NCBI GenBank assembly: GCA_951406725.2 | Contig: OX597827.1 | Coordinates: 59,272,001-59,336,000 of the forward strand | Source of the DNA: Octopus vulgaris | Lineage: Eukaryota | Direction: 5' to 3' | DNA length: 64,000 bases | In this document: piece by piece, positions 49,682-63,059 of the stretch | Layout: the number at the start of each line of letters is the position of its first letter | Position numbering within the stretch: position 1 is the stretch's first letter | Program-made: the position numbers and the translations under genes | The notes under the pieces: model-generated | Told to the model about the DNA's origin: nothing | Database searches by the model: none | What the model saw: the letters and a program-made list of their open reading frames with translations, nothing else

Positions 49682-49968
49682 GGTCCCGGTGCACGCACTC
49701 GCGCATCCGCGCTAGCTAGTCGTGACTAGTCGATCCTTTGTGTTTTATTTACTTTACTCTTTTACTTGTTTCAGTCATTTGACTGCGGCCATGCTGGAGC
49801 ACCGCCTTTAGTCGAGCAAATCGACCCCGGGACTTATTCTTTGTAAGCCCAGTACTTATTCTATCGGTCTTTTTTGCCGAACCGCTAAGTGACGAGGACG
49901 TAAACACACCAGCATCGGTTGTTAAGCAATGCTAGGGGGACAAACACAGACACACAAACACACACATA

Positions 49969-50002
<34 letters not shown>

Positions 50003-50310
50003 TACGACAGGCTTCTTTCAGTTTCTGTCTACCAAATCCACTCACAAGGCATTGGTCAGCCCGGGGCTATAGCAGAAGACACTTGCCCAAGATGCCGCGC
50101 AGTGGGACTGAACCCGGAACCATGTGGTTGGTTAGCAAGCTACTTACCACACAGCCACTCCTGCGCCTTTGTTTTAAATAAATTATTTACTTTGTGTAAA
50201 AAAATTATTGGAGGTTCGCCATGTGTTTTATTTACTTTGCTAGGTAGTCTGTGTAGGATCGACTAGTCACGACAAGCTAGCGCGGATACGCGAGTGCGCG
50301 CACTGGGACC
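49682..50310. mobile_element. GC-rich-TIR MITE containing a SINE
   Basis: ~57-bp TIR GGTCCC(G/A)GTGC(A/G)CGCACTCGCG...GTGACTAGTCGATCCT at both ends. Confidence 0.75.
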
Positions 50311-50415
50311 ACTCTTCTTAATTAGAACCACATTTCGTAATTATAAATGATACACACTTCGAACAGTGAGTAAAAAGGTTTGGAAAATGTTAGTTTTACT
50401 TTGAATAGAGTTTCA

Positions 50416-50796
50416 GGCGATCTTTCGTCTCTAGTAGACCTTTCCGTCGATTTCCGTAAAAAATTTTTTTTTTTACATATGGGCTTGCGGGAACTTTTGA
50501 AGTAATGAGAGCGAAAGAGACACATTACTCTCTCTGTCTCTTCACACGCACTAACAGAAGCACTTCACTTACACAACATACTGTCTGTCTCCCACACCCC
50601 ATCAAACACACACACACACATGTACATCAATGCTCCCATGCACGGTAACTTCAAAAGAACTTCCCTCGTCATACAATCGCTTTCTCATAGTCTCTTTCGC
50701 TCTCATTACTTCAAAAGTTCCCGCAAGCCCATATGTAAAAAAAAAAATCTTTTTACGGAAATCGACGGAAAGGTCTACTAGAGACGAAAGATTGCC
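50416..50796. mobile_element. Merlin-like MITE related to 35998-36956
   Basis: ~100-bp TIRs GGC(G/A)ATCTTTCGTCTCTAGTAGACCTTTCCGTCGATTTCCGT; approximate TSD GAGTTT(T)CA. Confidence 0.8.
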
Positions 50797-52286
50797 GAGT
50801 TTTCACCCTGGCACATGTGAGAATTGGAAAGAATTGATTATCTACTGATCTGAGTATTTCGTTGGGATTCACACAATAACGGAACAGCAGGGCGTCCACG
50901 AGACATGCTAATCGAGTTGAAATGAAATTGCAACTAAAACAAATTCGATTTTACGAACATCAAATAGGAAATTACCCTTTGTCCTAATTAGGTTGATTCA
51001 AATTCCGCCGAGGTCGACTTTGCCTTTCATCCTTTCGGGGTCGGTAAATTAAGTACCAGTTACGCACTGGGGTCGATGTAATCAACTTAATCCGTTTGTC
51101 TGTCCTTGTTTGTCCCCTCTGTGTTTAGCCCCTTGTGGGTAGTAAAGAAATATATTATGATGGAACGTTTTAAATTAGAACACTTCAAAGTATGAAGTTT
51201 GTGTCATACATCTAAGGGAAGTCTAAAAAAAAGGCAAAAAATATTGGATAATGTATTCTTAGCTACACTATGCCTAAGAGAAGGTTGGATGGTCATGGCT
51301 GGAATATCTTTCATTATAAGCGTAGGAGTGACTGTGTGGTAAGTAGATTGCATACCAACCACATGGTTCTGGGTTCACTCCCACTGTGTGGCACCTTAGG
51401 CAAGTGTCTTCTACTATAACCTCGGGTTGACCAAAGCCTTGTGAGTGGATTTGGTAAACAGAAACTGAAAGAAGCCCGTCGTATATATGTATATTTATAT
51501 ATATATATATGTATGTGTGTGCATATGTTTGTGTCTGTGTTTATCCCCCCAACATCGCTTGACAACTGATGCTGGTGTGTTTACGTCCCCATAACTTAGT
51601 GGTTCAGAAAAGAGACCGATGGAATAAGTACTAGGCTTCCAAAGAATAAGTTCTGGGGTTGATTTGCTCGACTAAAGGTGGTTCCAGCATGGCCACTATC
51701 AAATGACTGAAAGAAGTGAAAGAGAGGGAGAATATATATATATATGGACTTCTTTCAGTTTCCATTGACCAAATCCACTCATCAGGCTTTAGTCGACTCA
51801 GGGCTGTATTAGAAGGCACCCAGGATGCCATGCAGAGGGGACTGAAGCCAAAACCAGGAAAATGCAAAAGAAGCTTCTTAGCCACACAGCTATATGTAGA
51901 TAACAAGGTGGTGAGAGACAAAAACACAGACACACACACACACACACACACACATACAGACACACACACACACACATATATGCAATTAATGTAGACTTAC
52001 CTTTTATTCAATATTTTGGGGTTATGACCCCATTTTCAGAAAATTGTTGAATGCTGCCGGTGTGTGTGTGTGTGTGTGTGTGTATTCACATGCATGTACA
52101 TCATGAACATTCATCAATTTCTTGAAAATGGGGTCATAACCTCGAAATATTGAATACAAGGTAAGTCTACATTAATTCACACATTTGTTTTCTTGTGATT
52201 TACCTTGCATTTACTTTGCATTGTTTTGGCCTTACCACGATCTTTTATACAGTATATTCTACACAATTCTTCATAGTAATTATTCC

Positions 52287-52343
<57 letters not shown>

Positions 52344-52566
52344 CATATTCATATCTGTGTGTTTGCGAATGCCAAACTACTCCCTACTCTTGGCACTATT
52401 TTGTAGTGAATAGTACGAACTGTGTGAAAAGTAAACAATGTATCACTACGCTAACGTCGTCCGTGTAATCAAGCAACGTCAATAAACACGTTAAACAATA
52501 ACAATGGTTTTCAACTGGTTGTCTTTCCCAATACAACAAACCACACGCATAACAAACCACACGCAT

Positions 52567-52617
<51 letters not shown>

Positions 52618-52868
52618 AATTGATAAAGGCTAGGTGCAATATATGAAACCATATAGGTAAAATTTGATCATCACTTATTTCCCTCAGCACCCTCAGTTAC
52701 CATTAGTGATGACTCAATTTTTACTGTGGCTGTGTGGTAAGAAGCTTACTTCCCAACTACATGGTTCTGGGTTCAGTCCAACTGTGTTGCACCTTCTACT
52801 ATAGCCTCGGGAACATCAAAACCTTGTGATTGGATTTGGTAGATGGAAACTGAAAGAACCCCGTCGTA

Positions 52869-52920
<52 letters not shown>

Positions 52921-54292
52921 TGCGTGTGTGTGTCCATGTTTGTTCCTCCACCATCACTTGACAACCGATACTGGTGTGTTTACGTCCCCGTAACTTAGTG
53001 GTTCGGCAAAAGGGACCTATAGAATAAGTACTAGGCTTACAAAGAGTAAGTTCTGGGGTGGATCTGTTCGACTAAAGGCGGTGCTCCAGCATGGCTGCAG
53101 TCAAATGACTGAAACAAGTAAAAGGATATATAAATAGGGTTTCTTTCAGTTTTCGTTCACTATATCCACTCACAAGGCTTTGGTCGGTCCAAGGTGACTA
53201 CCAAGGTGCCATGCAGTAGTACCGAACCCGGAACCATGTGGTTGGGAAACACTCTTTACCTTTACAGTCTAATTTAAAATCCCTGCAAGACCACTACGCA
53301 TTTCCCCTATTATAAGTTGATAAAATGAGTACCAGTCAATAAAATAAACCCAGGAGGTCGATGTAACAGACTCAACCTCTGAAGGCAGTGCTATAGCGTG
53401 GCCTTACACAATGTAATAACAAAAAGAAAATCACGACCTGCAGCCTTCGACTCTTTCTATCATGAGGATTTTAAAATAATATTTATATATTTATACCCCT
53501 ATCATTTATAGCTTTATTTGATTCGATCCTAGAAATTGTTCCGTTCCTAAAAAGGATTATTTCATGTTCTCGAAGCTTCTAAATTTTTATGACGTTAATG
53601 AATAAATAAATAAAGGTACTGCAGTAAAGTTAGCTTTGAAGGGAGATTACTCCGGAGGAAATTTGATTTTACAATCACGTCAGTTGATTATAGAGTGGCT
53701 TTTAACCTTTTTTTTTTTTTTTTTGTAGCGCCCCTTTCTAAGTGGTTATGCTTAGCGCCCGCCAAAGTATTGAGTGAAGTATCATGGTTATTACTTTATA
53801 AATTTTACTCCAAAAATGGATTGTATAAGCTTTTAACAGCGAAATGATAAAAAAAATTAATAAAGGCAGGAGTTGTAAAATTACTTTATACGTTTCAAGT
53901 TAATGACTTTCTTGTGTCTGATGAGATCTTATTTAATTTTAATAACCATTACTAGTTTTATCATGTATAATATTACAACTCTAGTTAAAAATTAGTATGT
54001 TAATTACATTACTTCACCTAATGCGCCCTTGACATGTCCAGCGCGTCCCTGGGGGCGGTACCACCTACGTTCCGAATCTTTGGTATAGAAGCTCCTTTGC
54101 TGAGATATTTGTTGGTTTGTAATTTTTTTTTTTGTCGAGCGAGAAGGAGCACTTTTATATGGTTTTTCGACCTGCTGAAAACAGCAGCCAAATCTTCCTA
54201 AACTCGCACAGTACCATATTAAAGAATAGGGACATAACTTCAGTGTTTCTGAAACAATTTACTGTACCCAGATTTTTAAAAATATAATTTAA

Positions 54293-54476
54293 CCCTTTAA
54301 TGTTTAAACTATTCGGCCATACATGGTCAAAATATTCTACCTGTTTTACCTTCAAACTGGTCGGATATGGTCTACCTTGGAGTGTCATTTTAAAAATAAG
54401 CAACCACATCATTGAAATCTCAAAGCCATGAAATAATGCATGTTTAATTTGACAGAATGATCTGAATGCCAAAGGG
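54293..54476. mobile_element. piggyBac-type MITE. Relatives ~4375-4596, 18770-18920, 44285-44504
   Basis: TTAA|CCCTTT...AAAGGG|TTAA ends. Confidence 0.65.
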
Positions 54477-55117
54477 TTAAGGCTCTAGATTATCCATATT
54501 AATGCTTCAAGTTCTTGGCAAACGTGTTATTAATAATTTTGTTACACATAATTATCTCTCTATATATAAAACTGAGAATGTGTGTCTGTCTGCCTGTGTG
54601 TTTCTCTAAAACTTGAGAACTACCCTACCAATTTCATTCAAATTTTACAGATGCCTTACTTAAGGTCCGGGGAGTGTCATCGGCAAAAAATCTTAACTTT
54701 TTCCCTAGGGTGACTCCACAGCAATATCATATCTTCTCCACTATTTCAGTATTACGTGTTAAAAGTGAAACAAAAACATCTCTCTTTTGTAATGCAGACA
54801 CTTTCACTAAAAAAGTGAAAGTATTATATAACAGGGATGAACCATTAACAATGGTCTTCCATTTTGCTAGAAGAAGATCCGCTATGGTCTTATATGCTAC
54901 ACCACTGGTTTTCAATTCATATTAATCAAATTAATATTCAATTTTTCACCCTTATTATGTGTGTGTGTGTGTGTATTAGCAATTCGTATAAAATTGCATC
55001 AATGACTTGAACTTGAATAAGTGGTTTCACATAAATGGGGATAAATTAAAAAGGTTTGTTGTTATTATTATTACTGTTTGACTATTGTAATCACGTTTGT
55101 TGGTTCCTCGTCAGGGA

Positions 55118-56635
55118 AGCAGCCATCTAAAATTCTATTTTTAGCGATAACATCTATTTTTAGGTCGGGGAAAATTTTCGAAAAATTTTTGGGTAAAATT
55201 TTAGGTGAAAGTTTTCAAAAAATATTCGGACAAAATTTTCAGTGAAAATTTTAGAAAAATTTTTGGGTAAAATCTTTGGTGAAAATTTTCGAAAATCCAT
55301 ATAACGAATATGCTCCATATGCTGAAGTCTATAAACGTCGATATGGTCATAGTTGTTAAGTGTAAAGTAGAATCTGGTGTATCGGTGATCGTGAGGCATC
55401 TTGACTGTAATATTAAACCAGAATTCACTCTATACAAAGAAAGCAGCAGAATCAGCCACCTAAAATTCTATTTTTAGCCATAACATCTATTTTTAGCTCA
55501 GGGAAAATTTTAGAAAAATTTTTGGGGAAAATTTTCCGTGAAAATTTTCTAAAAATTTTTGGGTAAAATTTTGTGTGATTTTGGCACCGCTGGCTTTCCA
55601 TATTTTGTGATTTCGGCACCTCTGTCCTTCCATACTTTGTGATTTCTGCACCGCTAGGTTTCCATACTTTGTGATGTTGGCACCACTGATTTTCCATACT
55701 TTGGGGAAAATTTTCGGAGAAAACTTTCGAAAAATACTTGGGTAAATTTTTCGGTGAAAATTTTCGGAAAATTTTTGGGGAAAATTTTCGTAAAATTTTT
55801 GGGGAGAATTTTTCGTGAAATTTTTCGAAAAATTTTTGGGTAAAATTTTTGGTTAAAATTTTGGAAAGATTTTGGTGAAAATATTCGAAAAATTTTTGGG
55901 GAAATTTCGAAAAATTTTCGGTGATTTTGGCACCATTGGCTTTCCATACTTTATGAATTTGGCACCTCCGGCCTTCCATACTTTGTGATTTTGGCACCGC
56001 TAGCTTTCCACACTTTGTGATTTTGGCACCGCTGGCTTTCCATACTTTATGATTTTGTCACCGCTGGCTTTCCATACTCGGGGGAAAATTTTCGGAGAAA
56101 ATTAAAAAAAAATCTTTGGGTAAATTTTTTGGTGAAAATTTTCGAAAAATTTTAGTGGAAAATTTTAGTGGACAATTTAGTGGAAAATTTGGGGAAAAGT
56201 TTTTGCAAAAGTTTTCGAAAAAATTTGGTGAAAATTTTCGAAAAATTTTTGGGGAAAGATTTCGAAAAATTTTCGGGTGAAATTTTCGGTGATTTTGGCA
56301 CAATTGGCCTTCCATACTTTATGATTTTGGCACCCCTGGCCATCCATACTTTGTGATTTCGGCACCGCTAGCTTTCCATACTTTGTAAATTTGGCACCGC
56401 TGGCTTTCCATACTTTGTGATTTTGGCACCGCTGGCTTTCCATACTTTAGGTAAAATTTTCGGATAAAATTTTCGAAAAATCTTTGGGTAAATTTTTCGG
56501 TGAAAATTTTCGCAAAATTTTTGTGGAAAATTTGTGGAAAATTTTAGTGGAAAATTGAGTGGAAAATTTTCGAAAAATTTTCGGCAAAATTTTCGAAAAA
56601 TTTTGTTGAAAATTTTCCCCCAAAATTTCTCAAAT
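55118..56635. repeat. Compound satellite: 32-bp arrays alternating with ~12-bp GAAAATTTTCG-type arrays
   Basis: Unit TTTTGGCACCGCTGGCTTTCCATACTTTGTGA in blocks ~55575-55700, 55920-56077 and 56290-56447. Confidence 0.9.
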
Positions 56636-57251
56636 TCGTTAGTGCCGACTCCAACAATTATCGTAATACATACCGCTACAATTTTCTGCAAAAATGAATA
56701 TCCCATCTTTTAGGAGTGTCCAGGACTAAATTACTTACAGTGCTCGTTCTCAATCTTTTTAACGTCAATGCACATTCGAGGTCAAACCACTGATAGTGAT
56801 ATGGTTATGTGGTAGAGAAGAGAAAGTGAGCTAGTGAAAGTGAGAGTGTTGGGACGAAACAACTGCTTCGTTGGTGAGTTACCATAGTTGTCCCTCTGTA
56901 TCTTTTCGTTCAGCCGGTCAGCCAGCTCGGCTCTCACTTACTGACTTTGGCTTATGGAGTTCTTGTATTTATAACTGTACAAAACTAGTTCGAAAAATAG
57001 GTATATTGCAGAGAACAATAGATTCTAACTTTTCTTGGCCTAGAAGAGGTTAGAAGGGTCAAGTGGCAAATACATAAATCGGTTTGGCAATGCCATATGT
57101 TAAATGTAACTGCTGTCACTATTGTTTTTCTGTGAGAAAAGTGCTGTTGAAATATTAAGGGGAAAATTTGCCGATTCAGGTTCGAACCTGCTCTATGCCT
57201 AAATGAACCACTACACCTTCTATCATAGGTCTATTTTATGAGGACCATATA

Positions 57252-58487
57252 TTGGGTTGGCAAGAAAGTAATTTTCTTTTTCACAAATAGAGTTACAATT
57301 TTTTTGAAGGACTATTGTCAATGTTATGGTGTTTTCCTTTTGACATTTGATAGCCGTTACTTTTAGCTTACTTTAGAAGCAAATTGCGCGTAATTTTGTT
57401 TACAGCTGTTAGTTCAATGTCAATTTTAACATGAAGTGCAAAAACGAACATTTTCACCATATTTTGCTTTCTTATTTCCATAAAGGCAAGAAAGCTGCCG
57501 AGAGACTCACAAAGAAATATTTGAAGTTTATGGTGTTGATTGCTTAACACAATGCACATGTCAGAAATGGTTTTAAAAATTCCGTTTTGGAAATTTTTCA
57601 CACGAAGATGACCAACGTTCTAGTCGACCTACTAAAGTTGATGATGACCTAATCAAGGCCATAATTGAATCTGATTCTCATATAACTGTGCGAGAGATTG
57701 CAGAGATGTTAAATGTATCACACACAACAGTTGAAGATCACTTAAAACGTCTTGGACTCGTTAAGAAGCTTGATATTTGGGTTCCACATCAATTGAAAGA
57801 GATCACTTAATACAACGAATCAATATTTGCGATATGCATCTCAAACGTAATGAAATTGACTTTTATTTGAAACGAATCATCGGATTGTCTATAATAACAT
57901 CAATCAAAAACGACCATGGTCCATGCATAATGAACCAGCACAAACTTCATCGAAAGCTGAATTGCATAAAAAAAGGTTATACTGCCAATTTGGTGGGATT
58001 ACAAAGGTGCTGTGTGTTTTGAGCTGCTTCCAAGGAACCAAACGATCAATTCAGATGTTTACTGTCAACAACTAATGAAACTAGAGGAAGCAAAAAAAAA
58101 AAAAAACGGCCAGAATTGGTAAATCGTAAAGGAATCGTATTCCGCCATGACAACGCTAGACCACACATGTCTTTACTAACTCGTGAAAATTTACCGGAGC
58201 GTGGTTGGGAAGTGTTGTCACATCCACTATATAGCCCTGACTTTCGAAGTTAGCAAAATTTTTTGAATGTAAAATTTCAATATTGATGATGACCTGAAAT
58301 CGCACTTGCTTCAGTTTTTGACTGATAAGGACCAGGAGTTCTATATGAAGTTGCTAAAAAATGGCAATAAGCCATCGAACAAAATGGAAAATATATAATT
58401 GATTAAAGTTCATTATTTGTATGAAAAAAAAATGACTTCTTTTTCACGCTAAAATAAAAAAACGAGATTACTTTCTTGCCAACCCAA
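57252..58487 (+). mobile_element. Near full-length degenerate mariner transposon (mellifera-like TIRs)
   Basis: TA|TTGGGTTGGCAAGAAAGTAAT ... ATTACTTTCTTGCCAACCCAA|TA, 1236 bp. Transposase motifs WVPHQL, HDNARPH and HPLYSPD, with stops and frameshifts. Confidence 0.93.
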
Positions 58488-59884
58488 TAGTCTCTGGTTT
58501 TTATGTATGTTTATAGATGCAGATGGGGCTGTCTGCGTAGATGTTCATTTTCCAACCACATGGTTTCAGATTCGCCATGGCAAATGTCTTTACGGGTTGA
58601 CCAAAGCCTTGTGAATGGATTTGGAACTCATCGTGTGTCTGTATCGTGGACTCTCCCGTCGTTAGACGATGTATGAGAGTTCTGTAATTTCTTGCTGAAC
58701 GATCACACAGATGATTTGTTTATAGTGATAAAATGCTTGTGTATACAGAAGGTCACTCCCTCCATCAAATCGACATTACCTGTACAGGTGCACGATATGT
58801 CACAGGTCAGTTGACGAAATGGTCGTAGAGCAACGTGAAATGATAAGAAAGATAAAATATAAAAAAACTTGTTGGGGTATCTAACGGTGGCTAGAATATG
58901 TAGGCAGATTAGAAGGAAAAATCCACGTTTCCCAACCATATTGGTTTCAGATTTAGGCACAAGGCCAGTAACTTTGGAGAAGCGGATAAGTCGATTGCAT
59001 CGACCCCGGTACTCAACTGATAATTATTTTATCGACCTCGAAACGATAAAAGATAAAGTCGACACCAGCGGAGTTTGAACTCAGAACGTTTATACGAACG
59101 AAATACTGTTAAGCATTTTGCCCGGTGTGCTAACGATTCTTCCAGCTCACCGCCTTACGCTCTTTAACCATATTTAGCTTCAACTTTTGACACAAGGTCA
59201 ACAAGTTGAATAGGTGGGGGTGGGGTAAGTCGATTACAAAGACCCCCAGTACGCAACTGGTACTTAATTTATCGACCCCGAAAGGATGAAAGGCAAAGTC
59301 GACCTCGGCGGAATTTCAACTCAGAACGTATAGACGAACAAAATACCGCTAAACATTTTGCCCGGCTTGCTAACAATTCTGCCAGTTCGCCGCCAAAACG
59401 TTTCCTCGCCATACTGCAATAACGAGGCAACGTTCTCATCTTCCAGCATGTTCTAACTTAGCGAAAAACATACAATCAAACAGAACTTCAGCTTCTTGGG
59501 TTGGTGGTACCTTGGAATGGTAATATTGAGTTGACGGTACCTTGGAGAGGTGAGGTGGCGAGCTGGCAGAATCGTTAGCACGCCGGACGAAATGCTTTGC
59601 GGTATTTCGTCTGTCGCTACATTCTGAGTTCAAATTCCGCCGAGTCGACTTTGCCTTTCATCCTTTCGGGGTCGATTAAATAAGTACCAGTTACACACTG
59701 GGGTCGATATAATCGACTTAATCCGTGTGTCTGTCCTTGTTCATCCCTTCTGTGTTTAGCCCCTTGTGGGTAGTAAAGAAATAGGTATTTCGTCTGCCGT
59801 TACGTTGTGAGTTCAAATTCCGCTGAGGTCGACTTTGCCTTTCATCCTTTCGGGGTCAATTAATTAAGTACCAATTACGCACTC

Positions 59885-60151
59885 TCATAACACCAAAGAT
59901 TCTTTGAAAGCTGCGATAGTCAGAGTAATGTCCAAAATGAACCGGGACCACTTGATTCGAGCATGTAGATGATTCAGATCTCATACAAAAGCAGTTGTTG
60001 AAGCTGAAGGTGACTTTATAGAATAACATTATAGAAAAGAAGGTTTATTCTTATCCTTATAGCATTTTTTTGATAAATAAAGTTACTATCAGTTAAATAC
60101 TTGTTTTTTTTTTAAATAAACACAAATCTGTCCTCAAATATCTTACGTATC
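59885..60151 (+). mobile_element. Tc1/mariner-superfamily (maT-like) transposase 3' fragment
   Basis: HNTKDSLKAAIVRVMSKMNRDHLIRAC..FRS...VVEAEGDFIE* C-terminal signature. Confidence 0.65.
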
Positions 60152-60152
60152 A

Positions 60153-60235
<83 letters not shown>

Positions 60236-61470
60236 CTGTAATATAATATGTGACAATTATTTGGTTGCCATAATAATTGTCACATTATATTTCAGATAAA
60301 TTCCTCTATTTACATAATATCGAGGTCTCTTTCATTCTTTTGTTGTCTTACCATTACTATTAATATATATCTCTATATATAAAATATATATATATATAAC
60401 GAACTCATAGGCTTAAAAGAAAGTCGAATTGTTTGAATAAAACTCTTCAGGGCAGTGCCGCAGCATGACTGAAAAAGTAACAATAAAACAATTTATGTGT
60501 GTGTGTGTGTGTGAATATATATATATTTGTATTTAATATATATGTGTGTGAGAACATTTTTTCAAGTTTTATATTTTTTGCAATATGGGAGATAACTTTT
60601 ACTTTGAGAGTTGTTTCCCTTGAAAAATATTGCCTTATGAATCCGATTATACTTCTTCAGATAACCTGTCAGCCTTAAATATAAACTATTATTTTTGATA
60701 TATATATATATATATGCTTAGGCTTAGGAGAGAACTAGTTACTACATGAAATATATTTCTGTGGATCACTGAAGTCTTACATCACCATGTTATTTCCTTC
60801 AAAAAGCTTAGCGACATTTCGTCCGTCTAGTTTCCGTCGACCGAATTTACTCATAAAGGTTTTGGTTGGCCAGAGGCTATAGTAGAAGACACTTGCCCAA
60901 GGTGCCATGCAGTGAGACTGAGCCGGAAACCATGTGGTTGGGAATCAAGCTTCTTACCACACAGCCACGCCCGCGCCTATATGTAGACTGCCTTAATGAA
61001 ATAAGTTACACTGTCGCTTGTTATGGTTTCTTATCGAACACTGCTCATTTTTTGTTTTCTATACTTGGATCTTTTCAGTTTGAACGGCAGTTTTTTCTAG
61101 CGGTGTCATTTTCTTCACAAATGTAAATAAACCCAATCTGTTTCTTAAACGAGGGACATATTCATACGGCACAGAATGTTGTTTTTTTTTTTACCTCAAT
61201 AGACGTCACTGATTGGTTAAAATTGCAGAAATTGAAGAAAAAAAACCAACAAATATCTTACAAACTATAAAATTTTCTCAATAAAGCCAAGAGAAAAATA
61301 TGTTTTATTAACACATTCTACCAGTATACGAAGTTTAAAAGTGTTTAGTTACGTGGAAATTATTTTAAAAAACTGCCGTTCAAACCGAAAAGATCCCTAT
61401 ACTTGTCCCTCACTTGTTGAAGCTAACTGACTTCCTACGGTGATGATTATTTTATCATCCATCTATCCAT

Positions 61471-61515
<45 letters not shown>

Positions 61516-61794
61516 TGCGTATATACATACGTATATGTACATACTTACATCTATACGTATATATATATAAGCATATGTGGGAACAGGACGTCATGAAACG
61601 TGTACAACACGAAATACGAGAATAGAAAAACAGCCCAAAACTGATGAAGGGTCGTTCTTTATGTTGCTTGTTTTGTTTTCCATTTGTGTCTTTTGTTGTT
61701 TGAAGGAATATATATATAAGCATATGTTCCCCCATATGCTTATATATATATGAATAGATGTAAGTATGTACATATACGTATGTATATATGCATA

Positions 61795-61833
<39 letters not shown>

Positions 61834-61918
61834 TATATATATATTATTTATATTATTATATGACTGAATGCCACACATCCTCTTCCAAGTAAGTTTTATC
61901 TAATCTCTCTCTCTCTCT

Positions 61919-61971
<53 letters not shown>

Positions 61972-63059
61972 ATTCTCTCTTGGAACAGTGAATCTCGAAG
62001 CTCATAAAGCTATAAATAATAACATGTAAAAATTGGATGAAAAATTCTTATGAGTAAATTTGGTAGATGGAAACTAGTTGGACGAAATGTAGCTAAGCTT
62101 TTGTGAAAGAAATAACATGGTGATGTAAGACTTCAGTGATCCACAGAAATATATTTGATGTAGTGACTAGTTCTATCCTAAGCCTAAGCATATATATATA
62201 TAAAAGTAGTGTGTCGCTAGGAATTGAACTCAGAACCTTGCAATCTTGAGCTGAATATATTAACCACTAAGCCACGTGCCTTCAGATGATTACATTGACA
62301 CTGATCTAAAAGCTAAGATTGTATATGCTGCATTCTTTTGTTTTTTATAGCATAGCTGTTCTGACACATAGAGATTGATGAAATAAGTACCTGCCTAAAA
62401 TAACTATTATGGTTGATAGGAATGAGTAAAACCCTTCAATGCAGTGCCCCAGCTCTGTAGCAGACCATTGCCTTATACCAATAAAATACTCTTCTACTCT
62501 AGGCACAAGGCCAAAAATTTTGGGAGAGGGGGGGGGCAGTCAATTAGATTGACCCCAGTATGCAACTGGTGCTTAATTTAACAACCCCAAAATAATAATG
62601 AAAGGCAAAGTCGACCTCGGTAGAATTTGAACTCAGAACATAAAGACAGATGAAATACTGCTAAGCGTTTCACCTGGTGTGCTAACGTTTCTGCCAGCTT
62701 GCTGCCTTCTTATACCAATAAAATAATACAAGAATATTGGATAGAATACCTCATTGCATTTGTTTCAACCCTCTGTGCTCTGTCAAGACTGATATAAAGG
62801 TACCAGTCCAGAGTTGTGAATCAATGGAACTGTTAGAGAATTATGCAAAGTGCTTTACAGTATTTATTCTAGTTCTTTGTATTCTGTCACTGCAACAACA
62901 GTGGTGCCAAACAGTATCGGCCAGTGCTGTCTTAAAACAAGAGCACACTGGGCAGTTGGCCTGGAAACCTCATGGGTTTAGGGGCCCAATTCTGGTCTGT
63001 ACATGCTGTGACTTACTGCCAATAAAAAAAATACTATAGAGCCATGTGCAATGATTTGC

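Noticed and set aside
55160-56706. Many K/F/N-rich ORFs, or a CRISPR-like 32-bp array
   Set aside because: Satellite translations; the 32-mers are contiguous with no unique spacers.
60585-60666. Hammerhead on - (CTGAAGA...GAAAC)
   Set aside because: No stem I partner, poor stem II and no correctly placed NUH.
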